Part shown: positions 9,425-18,400 of the stretch, piece after piece
How positions within the stretch are numbered: position 1 is the first letter of the stretch
How the letters are laid out: each line of letters starts with the position of its first letter
Source: a virus
Taxonomy: Duplodnaviria > Caudoviricetes
DNA length: 55,724 nucleotides
Direction: 5' to 3' (one strand)
Virus record (IMG/VR): IMGVR_UViG_3300030328_002903
Span: 1 to 55,724 of that record
Notes under the pieces: generated by a model
Seen by the model: the letters and a program-made list of their open reading frames with translations, nothing else
Database searches by the model: none
What the model was told of the DNA's origin: nothing
Position numbers and translations under genes: made by a program

Positions 9425-9643
9425 CTAATTTCCCCTATCTGTTTTAGTTTCTTTATTTAACCACATGCCAAATGATCCCGTCAATGCTCCCATGCAAACA
9501 GACACTAAAGATGTGTTATACATATTAACTTGGTCATGAGGAATAGTCATAAACCAATGCACAGCTTGATAAGTTAACAACGTTACAACCCCCATCATTA
9601 TTCGAGGGAAAATCTTATATCTATCTATAATTGTTGCAGGAAT
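9425..9643 (-). CDS. two-TM membrane protein, probable ATT start
   Basis: GGAG SD 8 nt before in-frame ATT at 9643; FPRIMM...WFM...VCMGALTG. Confidence 0.6.
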   Translation of the reverse strand: MPATIIDRYKIFPRIMMGVVTLLTYQAVHWFMTIPHDQVNMYNTSLVSVCMGALTGSFGMWLNKETKTDRGN

Positions 9644-9659
9644 ATCACACTCTCCAATT

Positions 9660-9752
9660 TTATTTAATGAATAGCCATTTTGGAGGAAATATATTCGCCC
9701 AATACCATGCACATACAATAATTAATAAAAATATAAAAGTCTCAATTTGCAT
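9660..9752 (-). CDS. 30-aa membrane peptide (not in ORF track)
   Basis: MQIETFIFLLIIVCAWYWANIFPPKWLFIK, starts 3 nt after the upstream stop. Confidence 0.6.
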   Translation of the reverse strand: MQIETFIFLLIIVCAWYWANIFPPKWLFIK

Positions 9753-9755
9753 CGC

Positions 9756-10247
9756 CTACCTATAGTCGTGTTGCTGCTTCTTTAACCAGAAAAGAAATAG
9801 TATAAACCCAAATACAGTAAGTATCAACAAAGCAATAAAAAAATACTCAAGAATCTGCTGCTTTAATTGCTCTTTCTTATAGATCGCCTCTTGCCTTTCC
9901 TTACGGATCTTTCCTTCCATCCTTATTAAATCATCCCAGGCTTTAACCCCAAAGGTGAATTGAATATAATTTTGAAGTTCATATCGCTGTTTCTCAAGCG
10001 TCTTCTTAGCTATAACACTTTGAACAGCTGCTTGTTCTACGGAACTACCACTCAAGAATTTTTTATAAAAGGGTGGCTTCTTAGTTGACTTTACCGCTTC
10101 ATCTATATCGGAATTAGCCTTCATCCACCGGGAAAGATCATTCCCCATGCTTTCTATGTCACGACCAACAGCAAACGCTTTCTTTAAAGAATTAAACGCA
10201 GTACTACTAAGAGCCACCGCCGCTGATATACTAGCGGGATCCAGCAT
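9756..10247 (-). CDS. coiled-coil protein with C-terminal TM helix
   Basis: MLDP.S N-terminus, C-terminal hydrophobic anchor. Confidence 0.75.
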   Translation of the reverse strand: MLDPASISAAVALSSTAFNSLKKAFAVGRDIESMGNDLSRWMKANSDIDEAVKSTKKPPFYKKFLSGSSVEQAAVQSVIAKKTLEKQRYELQNYIQFTFGVKAWDDLIRMEGKIRKERQEAIYKKEQLKQQILEYFFIALLILTVFGFILFLFWLKKQQHDYR

Positions 10248-10250
10248 ATA

Positions 10251-10370
10251 TTAGTCTTTAATAAACGCAATGTAGACACATAATGCAATAATAATTAATT
10301 TTCCATAGTCAAGATCCCACTTGGTTCCTTCACCACGTTCTGAAAAAAAAGTAATAATTCTACTAATCAT
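10251..10370 (-). CDS. 39-aa membrane peptide (not in ORF track)
   Basis: AGGAG SD; MISRIITFFSERGEGTKWDLDYGKLIIIALCVYIAFIKD. Confidence 0.65.
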   Translation of the reverse strand: MISRIITFFSERGEGTKWDLDYGKLIIIALCVYIAFIKD

Positions 10371-10388
10371 TTAACTTCTCCTTTTCTC

Positions 10389-10634
10389 TTAAAATCTTTT
10401 TGAATTAAACCCCATGTAAGCTGCAACAATACCACTTCCGGAGAGATAAAATAAATTTGAAATATCTGACAAAGCATTTACTCGTTCAACAGACACAAAA
10501 AACATTGATGCAGTAAAAAGTCCCATAGACATTAATGTATACCTTGCCATTCTAAGTTGGGCAAGTTGTCTTCTTAAAGCTGCCTTGTCTTGATCTTGAA
10601 AATCCTCTTCTGTCTTCGCTTCTTCTTCTTTCAT
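10389..10634 (-). CDS. two-TM membrane protein
   Basis: RRQLAQLRMA...FYLS..GIV.AYMG. Confidence 0.7.
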   Translation of the reverse strand: MKEEEAKTEEDFQDQDKAALRRQLAQLRMARYTLMSMGLFTASMFFVSVERVNALSDISNLFYLSGSGIVAAYMGFNSKRF

Positions 10635-10643
10635 ATCTTAAAG

Positions 10644-13091
10644 TTAATTTCTTCTTTGCATAGCTTGTCTTTGAACATCAATCCTTTCTCGATTAACTTC
10701 ATTTCTATTTTGAGCTATTTCTTCTTGACTCTCTATTCTAGCTGCATCGGAAACTGCACGTTGTTGTATTCGAGCCATATCCATTCCTATATCAGCTTGA
10801 TCTTCTTGTTGCTTACGAACTAAATCTTGTTCCTTCACAGCTAATTCTTTCATCCTAATTTGAACTAATGGATCAGACATTGGATCATTTGGTGGAGGCA
10901 TAAGTTCAGGCATAATCTGTTCAAGGATCTTTTCTTCCTGAATAGTTATTAGTTTCTCAATCTGTTCTGGATCTTGCATTTGCATCTGAAGTTTCTGAAC
11001 ATTTGGCTGTACTAATTGTGGATCGGCAGTGCTTTCATTCGCCATATCAATCAATCCTTCAAGCTCCTGCATTACCATCTTACGAGCTTTCTGTGAGACA
11101 TGCTCCATAATATGTGCATAAAAAATACCCATAACCTGTGGAGAAGTCATAACTAAAGGTGTCTTCATAAACATCAAGTGCATACGAATATGAACATCAT
11201 GGTCTTGTTCTGGAAAAGTAGTTAATACTTCGCTCATTAAAGCTCTAGCATTCTCAATGGCTGGATCCAAAGGTTCAGGTTGAGGAGGGGGAGGGAGTAC
11301 CTCATCAATATTCTGAACTTCTAGAGCCTGATACATTCTACGATACGCAGCATGTAGGTTATGTATTTGAGGGTTAGATTGTGCTAGTTGAAGTTGTGTT
11401 TGAGCCAAGGTCACCCTTTGAGCCATTGAGAATATATTTGGATCACTTACTGGAACTACATCTATACGATCATCAAAATCTTCTGCCTTAATAGTGCGTT
11501 CTGCACCAGCTACCTCATAAGGATACTCGGGAGGCAGATTTTCTTTAAAGATCCTAGCTAGGATTCTAAACTCTGTTTTTTGTGAATAATGTAAACGTTT
11601 ATGAATAGCAGACATAACCTTCATGCCACGCTCAAGCATAGCTACAGTTGTACCCACAGGTGCACTTGCGTTCATGTCTGACGTAGTTTGATCAGCAAGA
11701 GAAACAAACCTTCTACCACCTTCAATCAAAGACCCCAGTAATTGCGTCAAAGTTCCCGAAGGTTCTTTATAAGGAAGAGGAATGATAGAACTTTTTATAT
11801 CTCCTCCCGGTGCATCGATATCCCGCCACTCACCCGGTTGTAAAGGTTCATCATCGTTTCGTACCCTTACGCCCCTGGCCTTGAAACCGGCAGGCAAATT
11901 TGCCAAAGTACCTGCATCAATTAGCTGACGCAGTATACTTGTTGCTGCTCGTCCAAGACCTCCAATCATGTGAATGAGTCCAAATCCATAGAACCCTAAA
12001 CCTGGCATAAATCTGTAATGCACAAAGTATTGAGTCTTTTTGGACAATCCTGTCCCTTCATCGAAGTTTCTTCTTATCCCTAAAACTTCTCCAGAACCCT
12101 CATCTATCGTTACAATATAAGGTAAAGCAATACCCGTTGGTTCTCCAGTAGGAGACATATCTTCAAACCCTTCCAGATCCAAATCAACGTGCATTTCTAA
12201 TATGGTGTATATATCATCTGTATATGTCTTGGATGTTCCTTGTATCTCGTCAACTTTTTTACGAACTTCATTCTCTGTCTCGTCATACTTAATAATATCT
12301 ATATCCCGGTAAACTCCTGCAACCTGCATCTTACGAACTTCATTGGCATCCATACGAAGAACATGAGTAACTCTAGCAGCAGTTTGTAAATCGGAAGAAG
12401 CATAAGAAACTACTAAATCCTGTGCCGGAACAAATTTGGAAACGGCTCTTTGCCTTGTGTCATCAAAGTAAACCTTCTTAAAAGTCGAGCCGGATAATGG
12501 AAGATAAAATAATAACTGATCCATATCAGGATCAAATTCCTCCATGACTTCCATAATCTGATAATTCATAAAGTCTTTAACTCGGGCAGCTTGCTCCTCT
12601 CTCGAAGCATCCTGTAATCCAAGTACTTGTGTCTGAACAGGACCACCAGAAGGAAGAAGTTCTTTATAAGCTTGTGCTTGAAACTGAGTTACACTTTCTG
12701 CAATCAATGGGTGCGTAACCCCAGATGCCCCTTCAAATGGAGTTGACCTCTCCTCATGCTTTATTCCTAATTGGTCTAATCCTTTGGTATACGTTTCTTC
12801 CCACTCGGACCTTGATTCTAAATCTTCTTGATAAGAAGCCGTTAGATCAGTAGATATCTCTCCTCTGTATCCCTCATCTATAAGCTCCGCTAAATTTGCG
12901 TTATGAGGTATTTGTGGTTCTTGTTGTTGAGTAGCCATAGCGTTAGCTAAAGATTGAACAATTGCACCACCTTGTAGTCCTTCAAGAACCTCCGCACCTC
13001 CCTCAAAACTTTGAGGTTGAGGAACCGATACATCTACCGAAGCAGGCCCTCCCATCATGTCTTCAGGTTTTATTCTAGGTTCTATAGCCAT
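10644..13091 (-). CDS. portal protein
   Basis: 815 aa, PFEGASGV.HP, LPLSGS.FKKVY, GFYGFGLIH, RQLIDAGTLANLP; downstream of TerL. Confidence 0.9.
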   Translation of the reverse strand: MAIEPRIKPEDMMGGPASVDVSVPQPQSFEGGAEVLEGLQGGAIVQSLANAMATQQQEPQIPHNANLAELIDEGYRGEISTDLTASYQEDLESRSEWEETYTKGLDQLGIKHEERSTPFEGASGVTHPLIAESVTQFQAQAYKELLPSGGPVQTQVLGLQDASREEQAARVKDFMNYQIMEVMEEFDPDMDQLLFYLPLSGSTFKKVYFDDTRQRAVSKFVPAQDLVVSYASSDLQTAARVTHVLRMDANEVRKMQVAGVYRDIDIIKYDETENEVRKKVDEIQGTSKTYTDDIYTILEMHVDLDLEGFEDMSPTGEPTGIALPYIVTIDEGSGEVLGIRRNFDEGTGLSKKTQYFVHYRFMPGLGFYGFGLIHMIGGLGRAATSILRQLIDAGTLANLPAGFKARGVRVRNDDEPLQPGEWRDIDAPGGDIKSSIIPLPYKEPSGTLTQLLGSLIEGGRRFVSLADQTTSDMNASAPVGTTVAMLERGMKVMSAIHKRLHYSQKTEFRILARIFKENLPPEYPYEVAGAERTIKAEDFDDRIDVVPVSDPNIFSMAQRVTLAQTQLQLAQSNPQIHNLHAAYRRMYQALEVQNIDEVLPPPPQPEPLDPAIENARALMSEVLTTFPEQDHDVHIRMHLMFMKTPLVMTSPQVMGIFYAHIMEHVSQKARKMVMQELEGLIDMANESTADPQLVQPNVQKLQMQMQDPEQIEKLITIQEEKILEQIMPELMPPPNDPMSDPLVQIRMKELAVKEQDLVRKQQEDQADIGMDMARIQQRAVSDAARIESQEEIAQNRNEVNRERIDVQRQAMQRRN

Positions 13092-13095
13092 CGTT

Positions 13096-13986
13096 TCAAT
13101 CCTTTCCTATCAAGGAGACAATACCACCGTTTGAATATCTATACAATTCTTGTCTTTTTTGAGCAGGTTTTTCTTCTCCTTTAAACCATCTTATAACCAT
13201 ATCAACAATACTTTCTTCTGGAAGTTGTTCTACTTTGTTTTTTATCGTTGAGGGTCTTCCTCTTTTTCGTAATTCAGCTAAAGAATTATCATCAATCCAA
13301 TCAAGAAGTCTTTTATTAAGTCCTCTTTGTGTGTAATAATCATCCGCAGGGATGTTTGCTCGTGTTCTGCCTTCAAATACTTTCATCATGTCTTCTTCAA
13401 GATGTAAAGGATATTCAGGAATGCGATCCTCTTGCTCGAGAACTCTCATGCCTTTATGACCAAGTTCTTCTGCCATTGTTACTAAGGGATCTCCATAATG
13501 AGTAGATGCATAAGCACCACCTGGTATTCCAGGCCCAGATTTCTTACCAAAATATCTTTCATCTTTATCTGGAGAATAAAAACCTAATGCTGTTGATCCA
13601 TACATATCAACCTCGTCTGGCGTACCTTCATAAAAGATAATATTGTTTGGATCATCTTCACCTAAAATAACTTTCATACGTTGACCTATATCCCCGCCTG
13701 TTTCCCTATTAATCTCATCAAACCCAAGTAAACTTATAGGAGAACCACTAATAAAAGGATCTAAATCGGCTCTATACTCAACATCTGCTATACCCCTATT
13801 TGCATAATTGTCTTTATAGTCTTGCATAGCTTTTCTTAAACGTTCTATTTCGTTTAAGTTAGATTCTTCTTGTGTAGAACTTGTTTTATCTTCCAACTCT
13901 GTGGTATAAGGAGTACCCTCCCATATAAATTGAGAAAGACCCTCCTCTCTAGCTTCCTTAAATGCTTGTGAAAAACTTTTCGCCAC
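13096..13986 (-). CDS. hypothetical (probable virion-internal) protein between TerL and portal
   Basis: 296 aa; N-terminal SF.QAF..AR..G..F.W.G..YTT module, AEELGH motif, C-terminal YSNGGIVSL. Confidence 0.7.
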   Translation of the reverse strand: MAKSFSQAFKEAREEGLSQFIWEGTPYTTELEDKTSSTQEESNLNEIERLRKAMQDYKDNYANRGIADVEYRADLDPFISGSPISLLGFDEINRETGGDIGQRMKVILGEDDPNNIIFYEGTPDEVDMYGSTALGFYSPDKDERYFGKKSGPGIPGGAYASTHYGDPLVTMAEELGHKGMRVLEQEDRIPEYPLHLEEDMMKVFEGRTRANIPADDYYTQRGLNKRLLDWIDDNSLAELRKRGRPSTIKNKVEQLPEESIVDMVIRWFKGEEKPAQKRQELYRYSNGGIVSLIGKD

Positions 13987-15449
13987 TAGTAATACTCCCG
14001 CTTCCTGCGATAACTATACTCTTCTTCTTGCTCTCCTTCAAGTGAAACAAATCCACCTTGCCGAAAACGCATTAAAGCTAACGTCATACTATCACAAAAG
14101 TCATCATAATCCCCATTGGGAAATGAAACAACCTCTTCAATTACTTCATCAGCAAATTTCTTGTCACTTGGTGCCCAAACTACACCCGCTTCAAATAAAG
14201 GTGCAACCATGTGCATTCTTGTTACCTTATCATTTCCTTTGCCCGGAGAAAACCCCAAAGCAGGAATACCACGTAATCTAAGCTCATCTATAAGAGGTGT
14301 ACCCGTAGCTTTTGCCTCGATTAATACCATGTCAGGCTCCCAATACTCATGTTCCATATAGGCTTTTTCCTTTAATTCTGGAAAGTTCCACCTACCACGC
14401 TGTGCATCCAGTAAAACTATGTGATCGGGACCACCTTCTTCTGGATTAAAAATTCCCCATGTCGTAATTGCAGAATAATCTGCCGTTTCCTTCTTGGAAA
14501 ACGCTGTATCATAGGCTTGAAGTATGTATTTACAGGGGGGAATCTCCTCTTTTTCCCACATTTTCCACCATTCTTTCTTGACAATCGCAGCTTCTGCGTG
14601 TGTTGGCTGTTGTTGCCATTGTGCCGACCACTTTGCTACAGGTAAAGAAGCCTTTATCCCCAATAATGCTTGCTTATCCCAAAACTCAGGCCATAAAGGT
14701 TTATCTGAGGGCAAAATTGCAGGAAATTCTACCACATCCCACTTGTCTGCCATCACATCAGACCCTTGAGCCGCCAATAATCGCCCTGTCAAGTCTTTTT
14801 TCCCCCACCTTGTCATAACAATAATGATAGATCCACCCGGTTGAAGACGTTGACGAGGACCAGAAGTGTACCATTCATAAGCATGATCGAATGCAGACTC
14901 ACTTAAAGCGTCTTGTTCACTGTGGGGATCATCAATTACAAACAAATCAGCACCACGACCAGTAACCGCAGCACCTACACCCGCAGCAAAGTACTCCCCT
15001 CCCTTGTCGGTTTGCCACTTACCAGCACTTTTGTTGTCTTCTTTCAAGGATGTTGAAGGAAAAATGTCCTTATATTGTGGATCAGCAATTAGATCTCTAA
15101 CTTTTCTACCAAAACGTACAGCGAGTTCCGTGTTGTGAGTTGCTTGAATAATTTTTAACTTGGGGTTACGACCCAAAAACCAAGCAGGCATCAAGTAACT
15201 TGCAAACTCTGACTTAGAATGTCGAGGTGGCATGTTAATTATTAATCTTTTTAACTCGCCCCTCGCTACCTTTTCAAGTTTTTCTGCAATTATTCTGTGA
15301 TGCTTACCTTCAATAAAGTTTTCATAAACATGATGGGCAAAAGGCATGAAAAAGTCTTGAGCCTCTTCTCTTATGTCAAGTCTTTTTTTCGCCTCCGTAA
15401 GAGCTAATATTTCTTTTAAGGCTTCTTCTGGAAGCGTTTGTAAGTTCAT
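13986..15449 (-). CDS. terL: terminase large subunit
   Basis: Walker A-like MPPRHSKS, IDDP Walker B, MTRW, nuclease YDTA...DDFCDS. Confidence 0.95.
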   Translation of the reverse strand: MNLQTLPEEALKEILALTEAKKRLDIREEAQDFFMPFAHHVYENFIEGKHHRIIAEKLEKVARGELKRLIINMPPRHSKSEFASYLMPAWFLGRNPKLKIIQATHNTELAVRFGRKVRDLIADPQYKDIFPSTSLKEDNKSAGKWQTDKGGEYFAAGVGAAVTGRGADLFVIDDPHSEQDALSESAFDHAYEWYTSGPRQRLQPGGSIIIVMTRWGKKDLTGRLLAAQGSDVMADKWDVVEFPAILPSDKPLWPEFWDKQALLGIKASLPVAKWSAQWQQQPTHAEAAIVKKEWWKMWEKEEIPPCKYILQAYDTAFSKKETADYSAITTWGIFNPEEGGPDHIVLLDAQRGRWNFPELKEKAYMEHEYWEPDMVLIEAKATGTPLIDELRLRGIPALGFSPGKGNDKVTRMHMVAPLFEAGVVWAPSDKKFADEVIEEVVSFPNGDYDDFCDSMTLALMRFRQGGFVSLEGEQEEEYSYRRKREYY

Positions 15450-18400
15450 GTCTCAACTATCACCGGTGTCGATTCTGTTTTTTGAAGATCTACAGATCTT
15501 TGGCCTCTTCTATAACGGCTAGGATTAACTCGAGTATAAGCTCTCGTTCCTATACCCTTTCTCATACGTTGTTCTGTAGTTGTTCTAAAACATTGCATAC
15601 CATCCGCACCTTTTACAAGTTTATATCCCTCTGGACAACTATACACAGGATCGCCATTTTCATCTGTGGAAGATTCTGGAGGAACAATTGGACCAACAGG
15701 AGGAGTTTCATCATACGTTCCCGGTGGAACTGAAGGCGGTGGATCTGTAGTAACCTCATCTTCCTCCTCTGTCGTTTCTACGATTATTTCGTCTTCGTCT
15801 TCTTCAAAAGGTTGATCTGTTGTGATCATTGTAGAGGTTTCAGTTTCAGGGTTAACGTCAGTAGTAACGTCAGTAGTAACTCCAGGGTTAACGTCAGTAG
15901 TAACGTCAGTAGTAACTCCAGTAGTAACGTCTACATTAGGATCTACAGCTGCATCTACAGCTGCATCTACATTTACTGTGGTGTCTGCATTAGGATCTAC
16001 TGTAAAGTCTACTGTGGTGTCTGCATTAGGATCTACTGAAGCTATACCTGCTGGGTCTGTTCCAGCTGTGGCAAATTGTTGTTGTTGTTGTAAAGAAGAA
16101 TCAAAAGCTGATACAAGACTATCTCCACTATATACTTTAACATTACCAAACTCTTTTTTGGAACCAGGAGAAGTATCACCTGTTTTATGACCATCATAAC
16201 CTTGTTCTTGTAAATATGCCTGAAAATTTTCTGATTTGGCACCAGGAGCTTTCTCTCCAAAAGGATTTTCAAAAGCGTTATAATCACCTATCTTTATATC
16301 TTCCATGAAAGTTTTTTCCTGGTTATAATAAGAATTATCTATTTTCTTTTTATTCTTATTGTAAAAATCTTCAGCTACTTTTAAATCATTTTCACTTTGA
16401 TAATCAAAAAGTTTAGTTCCTTCTTTTAAACGAATTTTATAAACCATAGGATTGCCTGCTCCTCTAGCATTAGCAAACGTTGAAGCATAGTCTGGAGATT
16501 TTGTCATATAGATGCCATCTCCTTTTTCATCTAGAATGATGCTGCCATCAATTGGATCGGTGAAAGAAGTATCAGCATCAAATCCTTCTAGAGATCTACC
16601 ACTATCTTCTCCTCTAAAGAAAACATCGTCTGTAACTCCTATGTCCTTGGTTTTATAAACTTCAGCAGCAGGTATCTCTAGTCCTGATTCATCTAGTCCT
16701 TGATTTGCAGCTGCATCAACATCAGCGGCAACTGCACTTATATATGGAGCACCATTATTATTTGCTACAATATTATCAAGCTCGTTTTTAGACATCCCCA
16801 CATTATTCGCTAGTGTTGCTATCCCCGCCGTTTCTTCTGCGGAAGGAACCTTAAGACCAGACGCTTGATCCGTAGGAGATCCAGCAATAATGTTTGATAT
16901 TGTTTGTGCCACTGCCGCTTGATCCGTTTCTATTGGAGTAGTTAAATCTACAGTAAAACCTTTAGTTCTTATTATATTTTCAATTTGTTGTGCCGTTATT
17001 CCAGTTTGGTCTGAAATAGCTTTAAGTTGGTTTACTGTTTCACCTGATAACACTACATTTCCATCTGCATCAACACTATTTTCAATAATACTTCCAATCG
17101 CAGCATCCGCTATTATCATTTCTTGAGTACTAGCTGTATTAGGTGCTACAGGAAACGTTCCTGGACCACCAGTTTGTAAAAGAGTTGGAGGTGCTTGAGC
17201 CGCTGTACCTGCCGTTCCTAAATCTACAATAGGTGTAGTTGTATTGTCAGAAGTGGTAAATGCTCCCGGATCACCAGAAGGAGGAATAATATTTGTGATT
17301 CCACCCGGTGGACCATAGTTAGGAAAATTAGGAGAAATCGTAACTTGATTACCTATTGATGTAGGTAAAACTGATGCTACTCCTGTTGACACACTACCAC
17401 TGGTGCCTTGTCCTAACACTCCTTGTCCTCCTTGTGCGGCAGCTCCCTTTGTTAAATTAGCAACGGTAATTGGAATACCCAACGCACGATTAGCCGCAAG
17501 ATTTTCACCTACTTTTTCACCATATTCAGTTACACCACCAGTCCAACCAGCAAACATTCCTCCTGCTGGTACTTTTACAGCCTTGGGAAGATTACTTAAT
17601 CCTGTTGCAGTTGCTATCTTTCCTACCCCACTAGCAAGAAGTGTATCTCCTAAACCACCTACAGGTCCTGAAACTGCTCCAGCTATTAGATCAGCAGCAC
17701 CTCTTATTTCTTGTTCAGCAGCACCTCTATCTCCTCCGTGTTTTGACTCTGCTATCATTTGAATTACTTCTGGATTTTCGCTTACAAATTTTGACACCTC
17801 ATTCTGGGCACCTTCTGAAGCACTATTAAAAGCTTCTCCAGTTGATGCAGCCATAATAATTGGTATCGCTTTTTTACCTAAACCTAAACCTGATAAAACG
17901 TCTATTCCAGTGTCATAAGCATCTTCAAAACCTTTCACAACTAAAGCTCGAGGGTCATCAAACATACCACCCCCACCTACCATTTTAGCTTGACCAGTAA
18001 GTAGTTCTTTTAATGTAGTGTCTGGATGAAATGTTGCATTTTGATCTATTCTTTCCTCCATTCCAGGAGTCATAGAACTTCTTACATTTTGAGCCGTATC
18101 TTGTAAAAATTTTAATGCTCCTGTATCCTCTCCTGTATAACCGCCACTGCCAACTAGGTCTGAAAGAACAGTTACCTTGTCTCCTTTAGTTGGAGTCAAC
18201 GCACTAGCAAACATGTCTCCATATTTAGCTGACCCCTCCAGAGTATTCGATAACATATCCCAAAAACCTCCTCCCGCAGATTTATATATATCACCATAAA
18301 TCGATAACCCACTTTTTACATCATCAAAGAAAGTTGGATCTTTATCTGGGGTAACACCACTTGCAGCTTCTATTCCTGCCAAAGTAGAAGTATCTACTCC

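Noticed and set aside
15482-17829. Plus-strand ORFs within the 1453-aa gene (similar ones lie within MCP, terL and the internal virion genes)
   Set aside because: Antisense shadows of low-complexity or codon-biased genes.
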